Below are positions 35,694 through 36,578 of a stretch of 36,578 nucleotides of DNA, piece after piece. Made by a program: the position numbers and the translations under genes. Below the pieces are notes generated by a model. It had not been told where the DNA came from. It did not search any database and worked only from the letters and a program-made list of their open reading frames with translations. The DNA comes from Sphaeroforma arctica JP610 (Eukaryota): positions 14,771 through 51,348 of the forward strand of contig NW_014040475.1 in NCBI RefSeq assembly GCF_001186125.1, given 5' to 3'. Numbering within the stretch: position 1 is the first letter of the stretch; every line of letters begins with the position of its first letter.

Positions 35694-36150
35694 TCAGTTG
35701 AGTGAGCCGTGTTTGCCAATGTGAACGCGTTTGTGTCTTTTCAAACTACTACTTGTAGTAAACTCTTTGCTACATCCAGGGTAGTCACACGCATAGGGAC
35801 GTTCGCCCGTGTGCACGCGTATGTGTGTTTTCAAATTATCATTTGTAATAAACTCCATGCCACACCCAGGGTAGTCACACGCATAGGGACGTTCGTCCGT
35901 GTGCACGCGTTTGTGTCTTCTCAAATTACTACTTTGAGTATACTCCATGCCACACCCAGGATAGTCACACGCATAGGGACGTTCGCGCGTGTGCACGCGT
36001 TTGTGTTTTCAAAATACCACTTTCAGTGAACCCTTTACCACAACCAGGATAGTCACACGCATAGGGACGTTCGCCCGTGTGCACACGCATATGCACCTTC
36101 AGATTGGCAGCACTGGCACATATCTGGACACAGTTGGGCCACTCACAAGC
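35694..36150 (-). pseudogene. Tandem C2H2 zinc-finger gene, five fingers, with a 2-nt frameshift near 36005
   Basis: TGERPYACDYPGC...F.....L..H.RVH units with 90-bp period (35791, 35881, 35971) and one 88-bp spacing (36059); 5' exon structure unknown. Confidence 0.85.
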
Positions 36151-36547
36151 GTGCGGCCTCACTGTGCCAGATGTCGAACCAATAGAACGGACCGATAAAC
36201 CGTTTGCAGAACGGAGCCTGTGCAGTGCAAATGTACATATTGATGGGTTATGTTTGTGACAGAAGAGTGTGAACAAGGTGCCTCTTCTCCATATGAAAAT
36301 TTACAATCAAAGTATGTGCAGCTACAGGGATGTCTGTGAACTAGAGTTAAAAAAAAGTCTTGTCTTTTGGGTATGTATTTGGATCACTAATTCGAGTGAG
36401 CGAAGCAGAAATGTGTAAAGTTTGTGCCAATCCCAGTCGTTATTTGTATCGGAGAAACCACACTAGATCATAGTTAATCACAACAAGTACATGACTGACA
36501 ATGCATCTGTTGCAATACATGAAATTACACAACACACACATTCCGTA

Positions 36548-36574
36548 GTATATATATATATATATATATATATA
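36548..36574. repeat. (TA)n microsatellite
   Basis: Read directly. Confidence 0.95.
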
Positions 36575-36578
36575 CATG

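Overview
This is a eukaryotic, repeat-dense window: about 35 kb of nested, mostly decayed LTR retrotransposons followed by a frameshifted C2H2 zinc-finger gene. The host cannot be identified from the sequence. Three distinct Ty3/Gypsy families are present (called A, B and C here; different LTRs and gags, four pol copies in all). B and C end in a chromodomain; A is truncated before that point. The main result is that all four pol copies carry a Dam-like DNA amino-methyltransferase domain (motifs [I/V]D[L/M/V]F[A/E] and W-x-NPPW or a variant) between RNase H and the DDE integrase. That domain is established for DIRS-type tyrosine-recombinase retrotransposons but is not part of the canonical Gypsy pol. 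Also present: Ty1/Copia-like elements and fragments with half-tRNA-type primer sites (iMet, and Ile AAU/IAU), a 5'-truncated LINE-like insert with a 10-bp TSD, solo LTRs, two TTTTAGGG telomere-like tracts (one at an integrase-deleting junction), and a split TSD revealing a large inverted rearrangement. All alignments and boundaries were made by eye.
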